A stretch of DNA of 64,000 bases from Lingula anatina (taxonomy: Eukaryota > Animalia > Brachiopoda). Both the position numbers and the translations under genes were made by a program. The stretch spans positions 8,928,001-8,992,000 of the forward strand of contig CM120642.1 in the NCBI GenBank assembly GCA_051362555.1, written 5' to 3'. The number at the start of each line of letters is the position of its first letter. Position 1 is the stretch's first letter. The notes beneath the pieces are model-generated. The model was not told where the DNA came from, ran no database searches, and was given only the letters and a program-made list of their open reading frames with translations. Of the stretch, positions 51,291 to 64,000 are shown one piece after another.

Positions 51291-54200
51291 TCTTTGTGTT
51301 GTTGTGTATAGTTATAAATACCTCATTACAGTGCGTCCTTGTGGGACTCTGGGTCCCTGCAATTGATACTTTGTAGTTGTGTATCCCTGTGGCTTTAGTT
51401 GCAGTGCAGTGGGTGTAGATGGATATCGTCCAGTGCTGTGGGTGAAGATGGGCATCGTCCAGTGCTGTGGTTGAAGATGGGCATCGTCCAGTCCTGTGGG
51501 TGAAGATGGACATCGTCCAGTCCTGTGAGTGAAGATGGACATCGTTCAGGGCAATGGGCATCGTTCAGAGGTACCGAGTGATTCAATCTGTTATAAGCTT
51601 CCATGTTTTTGTTATATGTTTTGTTATATGCTTTTATGACTAGCAGCCCAAAATGGCCACACCATATTTAATTACATGAAAGACACATTAAAATGACGAA
51701 TAATGCATACGCAGAGACCAAATAATAGCCTCGACAATAACGGTGATTCGCTATTAGCGCACGGTCGCGATTTGCGAGGCTTTTGAGTTATGGGATAGCG
51801 GGGAATCGCCATGCTTGCGCCCGGGCCCGGGGCCCTGACCGCGTAGCCTCGCCATCAGCCACCTTTCTTAACAATAGAAAGGGGAGGATCGCAAACAATG
51901 GGGGCGTAACTTGTAGCGACGTTAAGGATTATATCCTTTGGCACGTGCGTTGATCACAGCTTGGGTCATGTGTTCGTCACTTTAAATAATCAGACATAAC
52001 TGAGGTAAGTAGCTGTAAAAGCGCCACCGGTATCGCACAGTTAGCGTCATCTAAACAGTATATGGATTTCTGTACCGACTTATATTTTACGACCGTTAAT
52101 TACTTGGAACTATTTGCTTGAATAAAATTTTGCCTGCCATATTTAAATTTGCGATGTTTAGTATTTCAAAAAATAAGTGCATGCAATCGCCTGTTGAAAA
52201 GAGGGCTTTTCGTAACTAGTACAGGTCCATCGTCAAGCAGGTAAGTTGTTCAGAAAAACATCGTCGCCGTTCGTCGCCCCTACCTTCAGGGAAATGTATC
52301 TTCCGCTAGGAACCGTAGTCCGTTTGAAACTTTCCCATTACTTTGTACAGGTGAGATTTGTCCCATATACTTACCCTAATACCCCAACTAACCCTAACCT
52401 GTACTAATCATATGGGAGCCCCGACTTCCACACCTAGGATTACCATTCCTGTCACACCGGCAATTTTGGTTATCTAAGAACCCATTCAGAAAAGAAGATC
52501 CGACTATCAACTGATCCACGTATCAAATATGGCGGACACTACAGAAAGGAAGGCCGCTTAATCCTGTAATGGTCTATCTGCCTTTCACACGCCTCCCACA
52601 CGCGTCGTCCCTGCAGGGGCGCAGTGATTAAATCTTGATTATAACAAAAATCATTTATATCATTGCCACTCGACACTACTTATTTATATTATAACAACTT
52701 GACATTCCTATTTAAACTGACTGGGTGTATATATTAACCTCAGGTGGAACAGTGTGTTCAACAGGGCATGGGGAAGTTATAGTATGGATACGTATAGAAA
52801 AGTTCGTCACTAAAATTATAGCAAAAGTTAGTTCCTTCATGTCATTCACTGGTGGATTGGTTTATTTTTATAATTTCTTTAAAATAATATTGGATTGAGT
52901 CATCTAATACATTAATACATCGGACGTTTCATTGTTCTCTTGTGCGTTCTTTCAAATGAAGCCGGAAATCAGCTGATCAGCTCGGATCTTTTATTCTGAA
53001 TGGGTTCTAACAAATTAGTGCTGATGTCAATATATCTTTTAGCGATTAATCTTACTAATATTCTGGACTTTTGATGTCAGATTCAAAAACTTATTTTCGT
53101 TCTGCGCAGAGTTAGATTGATGCAGCTAGTACGATGAGTTTATGGGAACACTCCCATATAGAAGAAACAGCAGAGACGGAGCCATCGTCTGAACAGCAGA
53201 AAGGTGTTCCACATAGTCTCTTGTATCTAGCCCTGACATTGGAAAGATGAGTCGATCAAAAGACGAGGAGTACCTACTGACATTTTCGACAGGCTCTCAA
53301 TGTCCAAATTTAAGATAAAGTTGCACCCTGTTTAGCGTTTTCGCGTGACATTAAAGTAATGGCTGTGTCTCTTGTAGACCCCATTTGTGTTTTATATTAA
53401 AACAGTAACATTCTTACAATGAAGAGATCGTAATAGTAAAATGAATTGTGAACATACTCATGGTAATTCTACTGTTTTACATTTTTAAGAATAACTTTTA
53501 ATATACAATATAGATAAATCGCTAGCAGTTGCAATCCTTTTGTTTGTATATTTTTAAGAGTGAAACTGTTTCTCCATCACGACGAAAAATATCGTGATCA
53601 GTACTGGTATTTTATATGGAAGAACAGTACTGCAACGTTATTCAGAATTCAGCTATATCCAAACAGGCACAATCTGCAGTTCGTACAGTGCCCAAAGTTT
53701 TCAGTAAGCCCGTGGTTGAGGTTGAAAAAATATACTGGAATATTGAAATCGCGGTTATATTTTTGACTTTAAGTGATGATTATACTACTAGTGAAAACTA
53801 AGCAATGATATTTGCCAGATATAATATAGGCTGCCCTTCATTGCGTAATTCTACATTAAGATGTATTTGGGAATTTGAAAATCTGTGCATAGAATTTTAA
53901 AAGGCCTGGTTACGCCACTGTTAAAACATCTTAAAACTCGTCACAATATTGAAAAAAGATACGTATTGCACAACGATCGTGGCTTGGTGCGATTTATATA
54001 GTAGTTACTTGTGATCTTCTTTCTGGTTTTAACAAGGTACTCTAAAACACCGTTATATAATAGCAGCACTTACCGTAAAGAACCAAACAATAATTAGATA
54101 TGGGCATATCAGATTGCAAACATGCAAAAATTGTATATGACAACGATTTTCATCCTCGCGGGGTTTTTTTTCATCGTGACGTCCTTTGTCGCGCTGTTGA

Positions 54201-56139
54201 TCGATGCAACAAGTTACTGGAAAAAAGATAAATCATTGAACAACGAACCGGTCGTGGTTTTTTGTGCAATTTGGTTGTTAGTTTCTGGTTTTAACGAGGT
54301 TATTTAAGGGCTCTAATACATCGCGACTGTCAAGGGACTTTTCTGTTTTAGCTGCTGCAGGTTATTTTATTTATTTATTTGTTTATTTATTTTTATTTTT
54401 ATATTTCTCTGCCTTCGCTTCCTCTATGCTGGCCATAGCTGTTGGTCGTGCCTTACAGTTAAATCCTTTATAATGAATTGTATCCGTGACAGTGGGTCTA
54501 TTTCTTCTTTGTTCATTAGTTGCAAGTAACTAATGTCTTCATTTGGAAGAGTCGCTTCACTAAAATGGCAAATACATATGTGCTGTGCACGTTTGATGTA
54601 AGCAAGAGTGATTTACATAATTATTGTTGTACTTTTATTTTACAAATGCGATATTTAGTATAATTTTGACTTTCTGTCTGATTGAAAACTCATGCTCACT
54701 TTCCAAACATAAGAAAATAGGGTTTCATTTTTGTGCTGGCCCGCACGGAAGTGACCTATGCAAAGTTGCATGGCCCTATGTAGAGACCCACTCTTTTGGG
54801 TCTTTGCACGATTTGGTTAATATTGCCTTCAAAGTTTGGTTGTATCTCTCTGAAATATAAAATGGTACGTTAACTCTTATGATGCTATATTGTTCGTTTT
54901 ATAATATAATCGTTAGTGTAAGTCGTAAAAGTACATTTATTTGATTTATGTTAAGAAAAAGAAAGTAAATATTTATGAATAATATATAAATCACCTGTGA
55001 GTCCATTTGTCCTTGGATGATATGGGCTCGTAATATAACCCGTCTGCTGCAACCAGATATTTTTGACATGGTGTCAACCAAGATGTTGCAGAATTCTCTG
55101 CCTTGGTCTGATACTACAAAGGTGGGATAACCAAACCTAGATATTACAAATGTGCATAGTTACAGATCAAGGGTGTGCTGTTTAAGGATTTCATTTAACT
55201 ATGCAGTTTACATATAGAAAGCATACTTACAACATCATTGAATCTGACAAAAATATTAGCACATTTTCAGCCTTGTTACTGGACAGTGCCTTCACTGAAG
55301 CGTGCTTCGTGAAGTAGCATATGGCTGCAATATAATACTGGTTACCTTGATACGAATTTGGCAGGTGGGCAAAATCAATTCTAATCTGACAAGAAAAACC
55401 GAAATGGTTAAAGATTTGCAAATTATGCCAAAACGTAAGATATGAAAAATTACTTTTTCCGTTAAATTTAATGTCCATCGTACTGTAAAGCATTTTTATG
55501 TATTTACTTGATACCACGGTTTGCACTTTTCCACCACTACTAGGTGAAGTGGGACAGGTTTCATTCTAAATTTTGTATTTGCCATCTGGCACTAGTGGCA
55601 TAACGAAAGGTATCTTCTATTGCCTGCGGCCATGTTGTGCCAGTAGAATCTCTGTTCTTCTTTGACCAGGGTTTTTGATGCATCCAAGTGTCCAGATTGA
55701 ATAAGAAAATTTTTAGAATGAATCAAATAATAAAATATTTAATTTACTGATTATTTACGATGATAATGTCTTTATTACTATTGAAATGTGAAGCTGGAAA
55801 ATCAATGTTGCTGTAGAACATAAGTAAATAATACGTGTATATCACCTTTGTCGCGCATTTCTTGCAACAAGGCACTTTTCTTATCTTCACTTTCCACACC
55901 TTTCCTCCATTTCCCCTTCTCCCTCTCTTCCTCCCCAATTTCTGTTTCGACTATCTTTCTTACAGCTCTGTAATATAAGCAGCCGCTTTCAAGCCAAAAC
56001 CGAATGATAAATATTAATCTTAAATGTACCTGTAAATTGCGCTTTTATTAAATAGTCTTTAAATTTTAACGAGTATATATTACTTATTTACAATGGTTTG
56101 CAGCGCTTCTCCTTATTGCTCTTTTCTGATTATTGGTTG

Positions 56140-59100
56140 TTCGTCTTCTGAACCTGCCATGTTGTAAATAGAGGCGTATTGCTTTTAATCCATGGTGGCA
56201 GTGTAGGATATCGCGAACAGCTAGCCATTATCTTTGCTTGTATCACATTTCCATCTTCCGTGTTTCTTCCACACCCGATCACTTACATCATCAGGAGCAT
56301 TAGCAACCGCTGTGGCTCCTACAGATCTCATAGAGTGCAAACCAAAATTCATACTCCCACCTCAACTTGAAAACCAAACTTTGACTCGCCGCTGAGTAAC
56401 TCAGCTTTTTGTTTTTATATATCAATTTGCACACATTTTTTTATCTTAAAATAGGCTTGAACAAAAAATGGTTAGATTTCAAATTAGTATCTGCCAAATC
56501 CATTTATCTTTTTAACATTTTCATTGGGCAAGCTGCAGAAGAACCTTTGGAAATGTAAACGTCATTTCCATTTCTGTACCGATTTGTTTTGCTTTTCTGA
56601 ATGCATAAAACTATGTATTCGTCAAATATGAATACGTCTGAGCACAATAAATAACTTATTTCATCGTATCTATAAAAAACTTGAAAAACACAAAACAATC
56701 ATGCACAGATCTCTAACAACATGTAAATCACCTGATCATTCATATTTAACACAAAGATCAATCAACATTTGAGCGGATCCTTGATTTTTTCTCGACTTTA
56801 TGGGACAAGCAGTTTTTTTGCCAGATTCTTGAAAATTTTTAACAAAACTGTTGCTGGTTGGATCAATAAAGCTGTGAAGATCATGAGTCCATTTAATTGC
56901 AAAAACAGCTGAGTTTATGGTACTAAATGTTGATCCAGATTCCAATAAATGAGTAAGATAAAGGGATACATGAATTGGCAAAGCTGGTAAAGCTCGAAAA
57001 CCTTGAGAGGTAATAAAATCTTCCCATCTTCTGAAATTGCTGAAATAAACCCTGTCGGTATTGACACTCCTGGAATCCATCATGTGCTCAGCCATTTTAG
57101 CAGATAGATCATGTAGGTACGATCCCTTCTCCACACCACTTTCTTCAGCTAAGAATTCTGCTCCCGATTTAAAATCAAAACCTGAAAATTAGTGAAAAAA
57201 TTAAAATTGTATTCTAATTGCAACAAATCTGAAATTTTGAAAAGGCTTTCCAAATATGCCAATATTTCCTCTTCTTCTGTGTGTCACATTTCGACCTTCA
57301 TTATACACTGTATCTGTGATCTTTTACAAACCATTTTAAAACTGCGCCTTCCCATATTACTGGCCAAAATGGTGCAGATTTCCATTCAGGAATTATTAAT
57401 GTGCATGAACTACTCTCCTTAACAGCTTTTTAAAGTGTATGAACACTTAACGTTGGTGGTGGCACCAACCAATTATTGTCAAATGAAACGTTTGCTTAAA
57501 TGCATCTCTTCCACTGCTCTTTTTTACACCAGAACTTTGAATTAAAAATTTCACATTTCCTGTTATAATAATTATCGAATCTGTCGCAACTATGGGGTCC
57601 CCACAACCTGTACAACTCCTCACAAACAACCCCTGAATTCCCCAGTCATCACAATCGGACTTTCTATCAATTCACCTGCATCATTATTCCGAGATCTAGA
57701 CATCCATTTTGACTGAAAAACAATTTCATTTTCATCGCAAATGCGAACTATTTCCGTATTGATATCATTTAGCTTTGGCTTCCTGCTGCCCACATCTGAA
57801 ATGCGCTTCACATTTTGATTATCACTTAAAACTTTTTTTTGCATTTTAAAATATCAACATTATGTAATAACACTCCTTGTACAGCTTCCGTTTCTCTCCA
57901 TGTGGAACTTTGCGCCACTTCCCATGCATTCCAAGTGTCATGCATCACCGACTCTATTAGCAATTGCTCCGACTTTGATAACAAATACCTTCCATAGCCT
58001 GCTCTTGAAGCATAACAAAACATTCTAATGTCTGCCGTGAATTCTGTCAAATGACAAAACTGACTTCCCCATTCATTGAGCTCTTTTCCATTTGAAACCC
58101 AGATATTTTACAAAATCTGTAGCGATCATTGCATGATGATAAGCCGATTTCAAATCATAAGTAAATAAATAATCTTGTTGTTCAAATAACCCTTTTGCTA
58201 TTTCACCATTTTCATATTTAAACTGATTTAAGTGCTTGTTAATAAGTCTACAATGTAGCACCAACCTCTGCTTTCCAGTGCCACTTATTGCAACTGTCAA
58301 TGGATTGGCCACCAAAGGTTTATAAGGCACTGTGAGACGCATTTTCTTCTCAACAAATTATCCATTTCATTTGTAACAAATGTTTCATTTTCTCTGGCAG
58401 ATTTATTGTTTTTCAAATATACGGACCCTGGCTCCGTTTTAAACGGTAGGCTATAGCCTTTCTGAATGACCCCCAATATGTATTCACTTGCATTTGTTTC
58501 TGGCCAAGCTGTCAAATGACTTCTTAAACTGCCAACTGGCGTTTTCTCCGAATCTGACTTCAGTACATTTTCATCACTGTCATATTTCGTCAAATAACTT
58601 CTTAAACTGCCAACTGGCTTATTCTCCAAATTTGGTTCCAAAACATTTTCATCACTATCATAATTTGATATGCATTTCGCTACTCTGTCAACTTGACGCA
58701 AATTTGCATGATTATTTTCAAATGAAAATATACTTATCTTATTCTGCGCATTGGCGTTCTCTGGACACTCTTTCTTCCAGTGCCCTCTTTCTCCATTATT
58801 ACTAGGATTGTAAAATCCACTTGAGGTGCTTGGTTGACTGTCCCTTTGGCTAGTAGAATTATAAGGTCGAAAACGGACATTCTCCCCCCCCCCCCCCTTT
58901 TGTTCTTCTCCGCTTTGATATTCCTTTCCGCTCTGCCTTGGGCTTTTAGAATTCTTTTCTCATCATCAGAATCTTCCGCGAGAGGATAAGAAACGTATTC
59001 CGCCAACCAGCCTCTGTAGAATCGGCAAATTTTATGAGCTTTTGTCTGTGTTTTACTGACTCCATGACTGCAGCCAACTTTTCTCTACAACTATCAACAT

Positions 59101-59190
59101 CACCTTGTGTTAATTTTTCGCTGCTAATGGTGTTGGAAGCTTCACCAATCTTGAACATGAGAACCATTGAACTTAAATCGTTCTTCATAT
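56140..59190 (-). mobile_element. Decayed PAT-like tyrosine-recombinase retrotransposon (gag, RT, RNase H, MT-like, YR)
   Basis: RQKLIKFADSTEAGW, a GHWKKECP knuckle remnant, NPLTVA..GKQRLVL, YDLKSAYHH, SSTWRE, SDNQNV, NNWLVPPP and GLHSMRSVGATAVAN...KHGRWK motifs; many frameshifts. Confidence 0.9.
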
Positions 59191-59730
59191 ATTAAATTAA
59201 TCTAGTCACTAAAAACTGAAGATTTATCTATTACCCAAAAGACAGTATGAAAGGCAGTAAATAAGGAGTTTATTGGCGAAGGGTGGCAATAACCTTAAAG
59301 TTCTCTAAAATAAGAGATGGTAATGAGGCTTCTCTCCAAAAATTTATAGAAGAGGTTTTGTCTCTGGACTGGAAGTGGTGTTTTCACAAATGTCGGAGCG
59401 TAATGCTTGCATCAGATACATGTTTGCGCTCGAGAACTGCATCAGGTTGACGAGCACCGTAGTGAGATCGGGAGTTGTACTCCAGAATAGAATTGCATTG
59501 CAGGCAGTATGAATTTTACAACATAGTGGACAGGGGTATTACAAACCACTGCAAATAGAACTAAGATAAACTCTCAAACTCTTCCACGTAGGATAGGAGA
59601 CTACACAGCGTGTGTTTATGAAACACAGTAAGCGCAGCGTCAAATTTGTAGTTTATATTCACTGGCGAGTTCACGTCCACATAATTTTTACGCAAAGGAA
59701 CATACGAAGCCCAGTGTGAAAGGAATTGTA
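59190..59730 (-). pseudogene. C-terminal half of another DxD/GT-A-like paralogue
   Basis: KNYVDVNSPVNINYKFDAALTVFHKHTLCSLLSYVEE and LILENFK..HP align with the 41.3-kb ORF. Confidence 0.8.
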
Positions 59731-60949
59731 TCCTAATAACAGTCCTGGGAATGCAAGTCCTAAAGCATACGTTGCTAGGAATGGAAGTCCCAGGACACGC
59801 ATTCCAAGGATTCGATATCCGTAGGAAGAGGTTTCCCAAGTAATACAAGTCCTACGTCTAGTAATGGAAGTCCTAATGGGGCATGCATTCCTAAAATTTC
59901 AGTAATGGATGTCCTATATTATTTGTAATTTAACGCACGGAAAGGATGTCTTTGAATTATCTGTTTATTTGATAAATATACTTATGTCTTTACTTTTATT
60001 TTTATCATGACATCTTGTAATATTGATTTCAGAATGGAGTGGATTAAATCAATGAAATATATTAATATGAATAAATAAAACAAATAACAATTAACTCAAA
60101 TGATTATAGGGAAATTACAGACAATGACACGCGTACGCATGGATTTCAGAATAATGAAAGTCGATACAATTCATGTAACCATATGAACATATTTTATTCG
60201 GAAAATGTTTACTCAAAGTAACACAACAACATAACAATAAGGACAATATTTATATTGTTCTATGTATAATTTTAAATTTAAACGGCCCCCTTTAATGTGC
60301 CCCCACCCCTTCCTGCGGGTGAAGGGGCACCTTCTGTGGGACGAACCTGCGTTGTTTCTTCTTCCGCCTTACCCACTGTTATTTGGTTATTCTAACTTGT
60401 CTTTTCCAGGCCTAAACTTTGTTTTTGAACACCGACACGAAGACCGCGCCCACAGCTAGTATAGCGGTCACGCCAGGTTTTACGTTTGCCCTCCTTGTCG
60501 CGGTCTTAGCATTGCATATATATAAACCAGTGGGTGGCTTTCGTGTTATCAATATGCCAGTGTTGGATTAACATTACTCTTTGACTACATGGTGCGCTAG
60601 TAGTCTTTTACAAAATAATTGCCTCGCACTTGAATTTTCTATGCTATTTACAATCCCTGATATCAAAGGGCTGGTGAAATTAAGATCGATCTATCCAATC
60701 CCCAATATGTTTCCCAAATATCAATCTATTATTATACTGCTATTTATGTAATTACTGTTTGTAGATTTTGCTAAAAGAAGTCTAACTTTATAAATATTGA
60801 AGGCCGTCAATCACCAAAACTAAATCTAACCTGCTAGTATAGGTACAGTAGAATACGCGGTTATCGCTGACCTTTTGTCTTTTAAACAGGTAGACGCCAA
60901 TCGCATTAGGCATAGCAAAATTACGTTACTATGTTCAAGGAAAAACTAA

Positions 60950-62350
60950 ATTGCTAATTGAAAAACCAAATGTTATAAATACACAAGACCACAGTGGTGC
61001 ATTGCCCAATTTATCCTCCCTGCTTCTTGTGTATTCCCTCGCATCGAAACAATTTATAATAACTTTTGTATTCTTCGGTCTTAACAAGGAAATGTTTGAG
61101 TTGAATTCATACACACTTGGGTTTTCATTGGCTCCAGTTGCACTTCGTTGTGATGAAAGCCATTGTTCTGAGGGATCTTTGTTGTAGTGCTCACTCAGAC
61201 TTTTGCACACTTTGAGTTAGCAAGTACTTGCACAATTCCACCGAAGATCTAATTGTGATTTCAATTCCCTCCGACGTCTGCTGACTATGAATCATTTTTG
61301 TTTGTCTGCCTTAGTAAAATGGCCCGGTCTATGTTTAATATCATCTTTCGAGTTCTTCGAATCACCAAGAAAGACATTCTCCAGCCAAGGAAATCTTGGA
61401 TCATAGATACTTGTGTATGGTAAAAAGTCTGGGTTTTCCCGCGTTCAAGTCCATACAGAGATCGCCCATTTAAACAGTCAAAAAAAAAAAATTGCCAAGA
61501 TTTCTTATGAACTTGACGATTTCTGCAATGCATGGCCCTCCAGTGAACTGCAGTGCTTTTGCTACTGTAGAGCTGAGCACCCGACCTGCATATTTCACCA
61601 CCATTGTAGAAAAGCTTGTTTAGTAGACGTTAGTACGGGATAATTTTGGAGCGAGTCTCAATGGTGCGACGAATTCACGTTCATACAAGTCAATTATGTG
61701 CTGCCATGAAATATTATACCCATTTCTCTACATCAGTCTGCTGCGCTTGTGGCTCTAAGAATAGTGTAAACAGTTTCGGGTCATCTTCAGTTGGTGGGGT
61801 GGATCAGATGAAGAATAGTGGCCTTGATTCACCCATAATTGGATTAACTGCTTTGTACAATATCGTATCCAAGTCATATCGTAATTTTTTGTGCAGTCTG
61901 AAAAAATTCCTGTTTGGTGTAGCTCCATCATATGTAATGCACATCATCAAGTTCTAATTGCTCAATAGCTTCCCATATCACAGGGTAAAGATATTCTGTT
62001 AGTGACACTTAGTGAGTTTTCATGTCATCGCCTTTGACATACCTACCAAACTCAAGGAATTCAATTCTTACATTCCCCCAATCCACAAAATCAATTATTT
62101 CTCCTGTGTTTCTGTCAAACACCAAGTCAGAGCGGACTTTGACTTCCTCCAGCAACACAGAAAAAAAATCGATGACACGTTTCTAGGTTTCTGGAATTCA
62201 TTTCTTTCGCCATTTGCCTAAATGATCTAAATGCTTCCCAGCATTAAAATAATTTCTTCATGACTTACAAGTTAAAGAATTGTTTTTCAGCGTTACCAGT
62301 GGTCTCTCATCCTCAGATTGACTTGATCCATTGTCTAAAATACACATAAC
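60950..62350 (-). mobile_element. P-element/THAP9-like transposase remnant, copy B
   Basis: ITYDGATPNRNFF, RPLFFI and NKDPSEQWLSSQRSATGANENPSVYEF, which corresponds to the QDPLE..F..QR...G.N.NP motif. Confidence 0.8.
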
Positions 62351-62359
62351 AAGGTGATT

Positions 62360-62672
62360 GCTGCAGCAGCTCCACGCGTGTAGGAGTTCCACACGTTCAG
62401 CAGCTCTATATGTTTAACAGCTGCACGCGTTTAACAGGGGAAGTGCTTAGCCAATGTGCTTAGCCTTGTGATAAACATATAGAATCATATACCGGTGAAG
62501 CTAAACACATACATGTAGCTAAACGTGTAACACTGCCAAACATGTCTAGCATTTTCCTCTGTGAGAAACTTGAAAAGCTATACGTGTTTAGCTTTTACAC
62601 ATATTTCTAAATGTGTTTAGGTGCTAAACGTGTGTTGCACGTGTTTAAATGCTAAAAACTGTTTTTACAGTG
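62360..62672. mobile_element. One end of a CACTG/EnSpm-like element with subterminal acacgt/ttagc repeats
   Basis: Ends tttttacagtg (reverse complement CACTGTAAAAA) exactly where the neighbouring pseudogene is cut off. Confidence 0.6.
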
Positions 62673-62945
62673 ATAAGCAATTATTTGTATAATATGGATA
62701 CCCTATGGCAGGTTTCCATTCCATATTAATATTTTTGCTTGAGGACAGTTTATGAGTCTGTAACTCAATGTCGTCGTCCAAAAATATGTAGTACAAATAA
62801 CCACCATCGTCTCATTCAGAGGCACGTCTAACGGCTTCCCTCAGCAGCATGTTTCTTGCCTTGTGTCCAGGTACTTTTAGGAAAGTGAAAGTCTCCAGAT
62901 CGGTCTACCAAGTAGGTAAAGCAAGCGGAAAGGTTTTCTGAATTT
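62673..62945 (-). pseudogene. N-terminal catalytic fragment of a further DxD/GT-A-like paralogue
   Basis: ENLSACFTYL, DRSGDFHFPKSTWTQG, DGGYLYYIFLDDDIEL and EWKPAIGYPYY motifs; internal deletions and a frameshift. Confidence 0.85.
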
Positions 62946-64000
62946 TTTTTATCGAACTGGACGATCTTGCGGTTTTCCGTATTTTTGTATCTTTTAGGTG
63001 TCAAACTATATTTAAAACGGTGGTCGTGGGTGATCGGGTAAAAGAGAAATTTGAAAAACTGATTTTTTTCAGTTTTACCCAAAAAAATCTCAATTATAAC
63101 GTCACCCGTAAGATGACATGTGTATGGTTAACTGATTTAACCACTGAACACTGAAAATTTATCTATTACCTAAATGATTGTATGTAAAGCAGTAAATGAG
63201 AATTTTTGGGTGAAGGGTGACTATATATTTAAGGTTCTTTAGACAAGGGGAGATCAGTTCATCGCAATTCAGTTTTTTTTTTCAATTAGGAGAGAGAACA
63301 CGTATTTTATTACGCAATTTCTAAATTTTTCATCAAAAGTTAACCCTTTTTGCAGTAATAAAATTATGAGAGTAATGTTACCGATATTGATCTAATAGTA
63401 ATAAAAACAGCAAAGTTTTCATTGTTTTCACGTTAATTATTGCTTTTTACATGATTCTAAATAAAGTAAAGATTTGGCAACATTCACAAAATCAACTATT
63501 CGTTATAACTGATCCATTAGGGCTAATGACATAAGGATCAGCAGGTTTTAGGAAAAGAGTTGTTAGTGTGACCAGTAAGAGTGTGCCCAGTACCGGTAAG
63601 TATGTGGGTATAGACTGAGAAATGGAAGTAAATATGCAATCTCAGTCATTCAGTCAGTCAATTAAAGCTGTTTACATTATATATGAGAAAATCCATTTTT
63701 AATATTTCATTATTCATATTATTAGAAATCAAATATTGAACATCTTTACTACATTCAAACATTTATTATTAGTAGGTTATACATTAATAATGTTTGTTAC
63801 AAAGCTACTGAAGAAGAGTATTACGTAGTCGCAGTTTAACTGGATAACCCAACTTGTCTACTTTTTTTGTGAAAGGAGTCATGTTGGGGTTCGTTGATAT
63901 TTGGCTCTTTCTTCCTATTTACATTACAAGTAGGTAAAATTTACAAATATATAAACTGATTTCTTATTGACCCCAGTGAATTATTCTCAAAATGTTTATC

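Larger units (their letters stand above)
39946..62352 (+). repeat. Segmental duplication, copy B
   Basis: Collinear with 5752-28440 (see copy A). Confidence 0.9.

Noticed and set aside
51400-51570. 25-bp repeats and the repetitive ORFs across them
   Set aside because: Simple minisatellite; the ORFs in several frames are a by-product of the repeat
59190-62945. A single DxD gene split by the P-element relic
   Set aside because: The two fragments overlap in the aligned protein region, so they come from different paralogues

Overview
This is AT-rich, intron-containing animal genomic DNA; the mix of transposable element families suggests a marine invertebrate. Bases 1-5.7 kb hold the last ten exons of an SLC5A sodium/sugar (SGLT/SMIT-like) cotransporter gene. 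Most of the rest is two diverged, collinear copies of one block (about 5.75-28.4 kb and about 39.95-62.35 kb). Each copy gained different mobile elements, so many insertions can be compared with their empty site in the other copy. Elements found: a complete 323-bp mini LTR retrotransposon whose LTRs each carry a tRNA-like Pol III unit; a near-intact DIRS1-type tyrosine-recombinase retrotransposon inserted at an (A)ATT site inside a decayed PAT-like element; a Crypton/DUF3504 fragment; Tc1, P-element and LINE relics; Helentron-type (HINE/pearl-like) elements; and several MITEs. Between them lie a GT61 glycosyltransferase ORF and a decaying tandem family of uncharacterised DxD (GT-A-like) type II membrane protein genes. 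All alignments were made by eye; no database searches were run.
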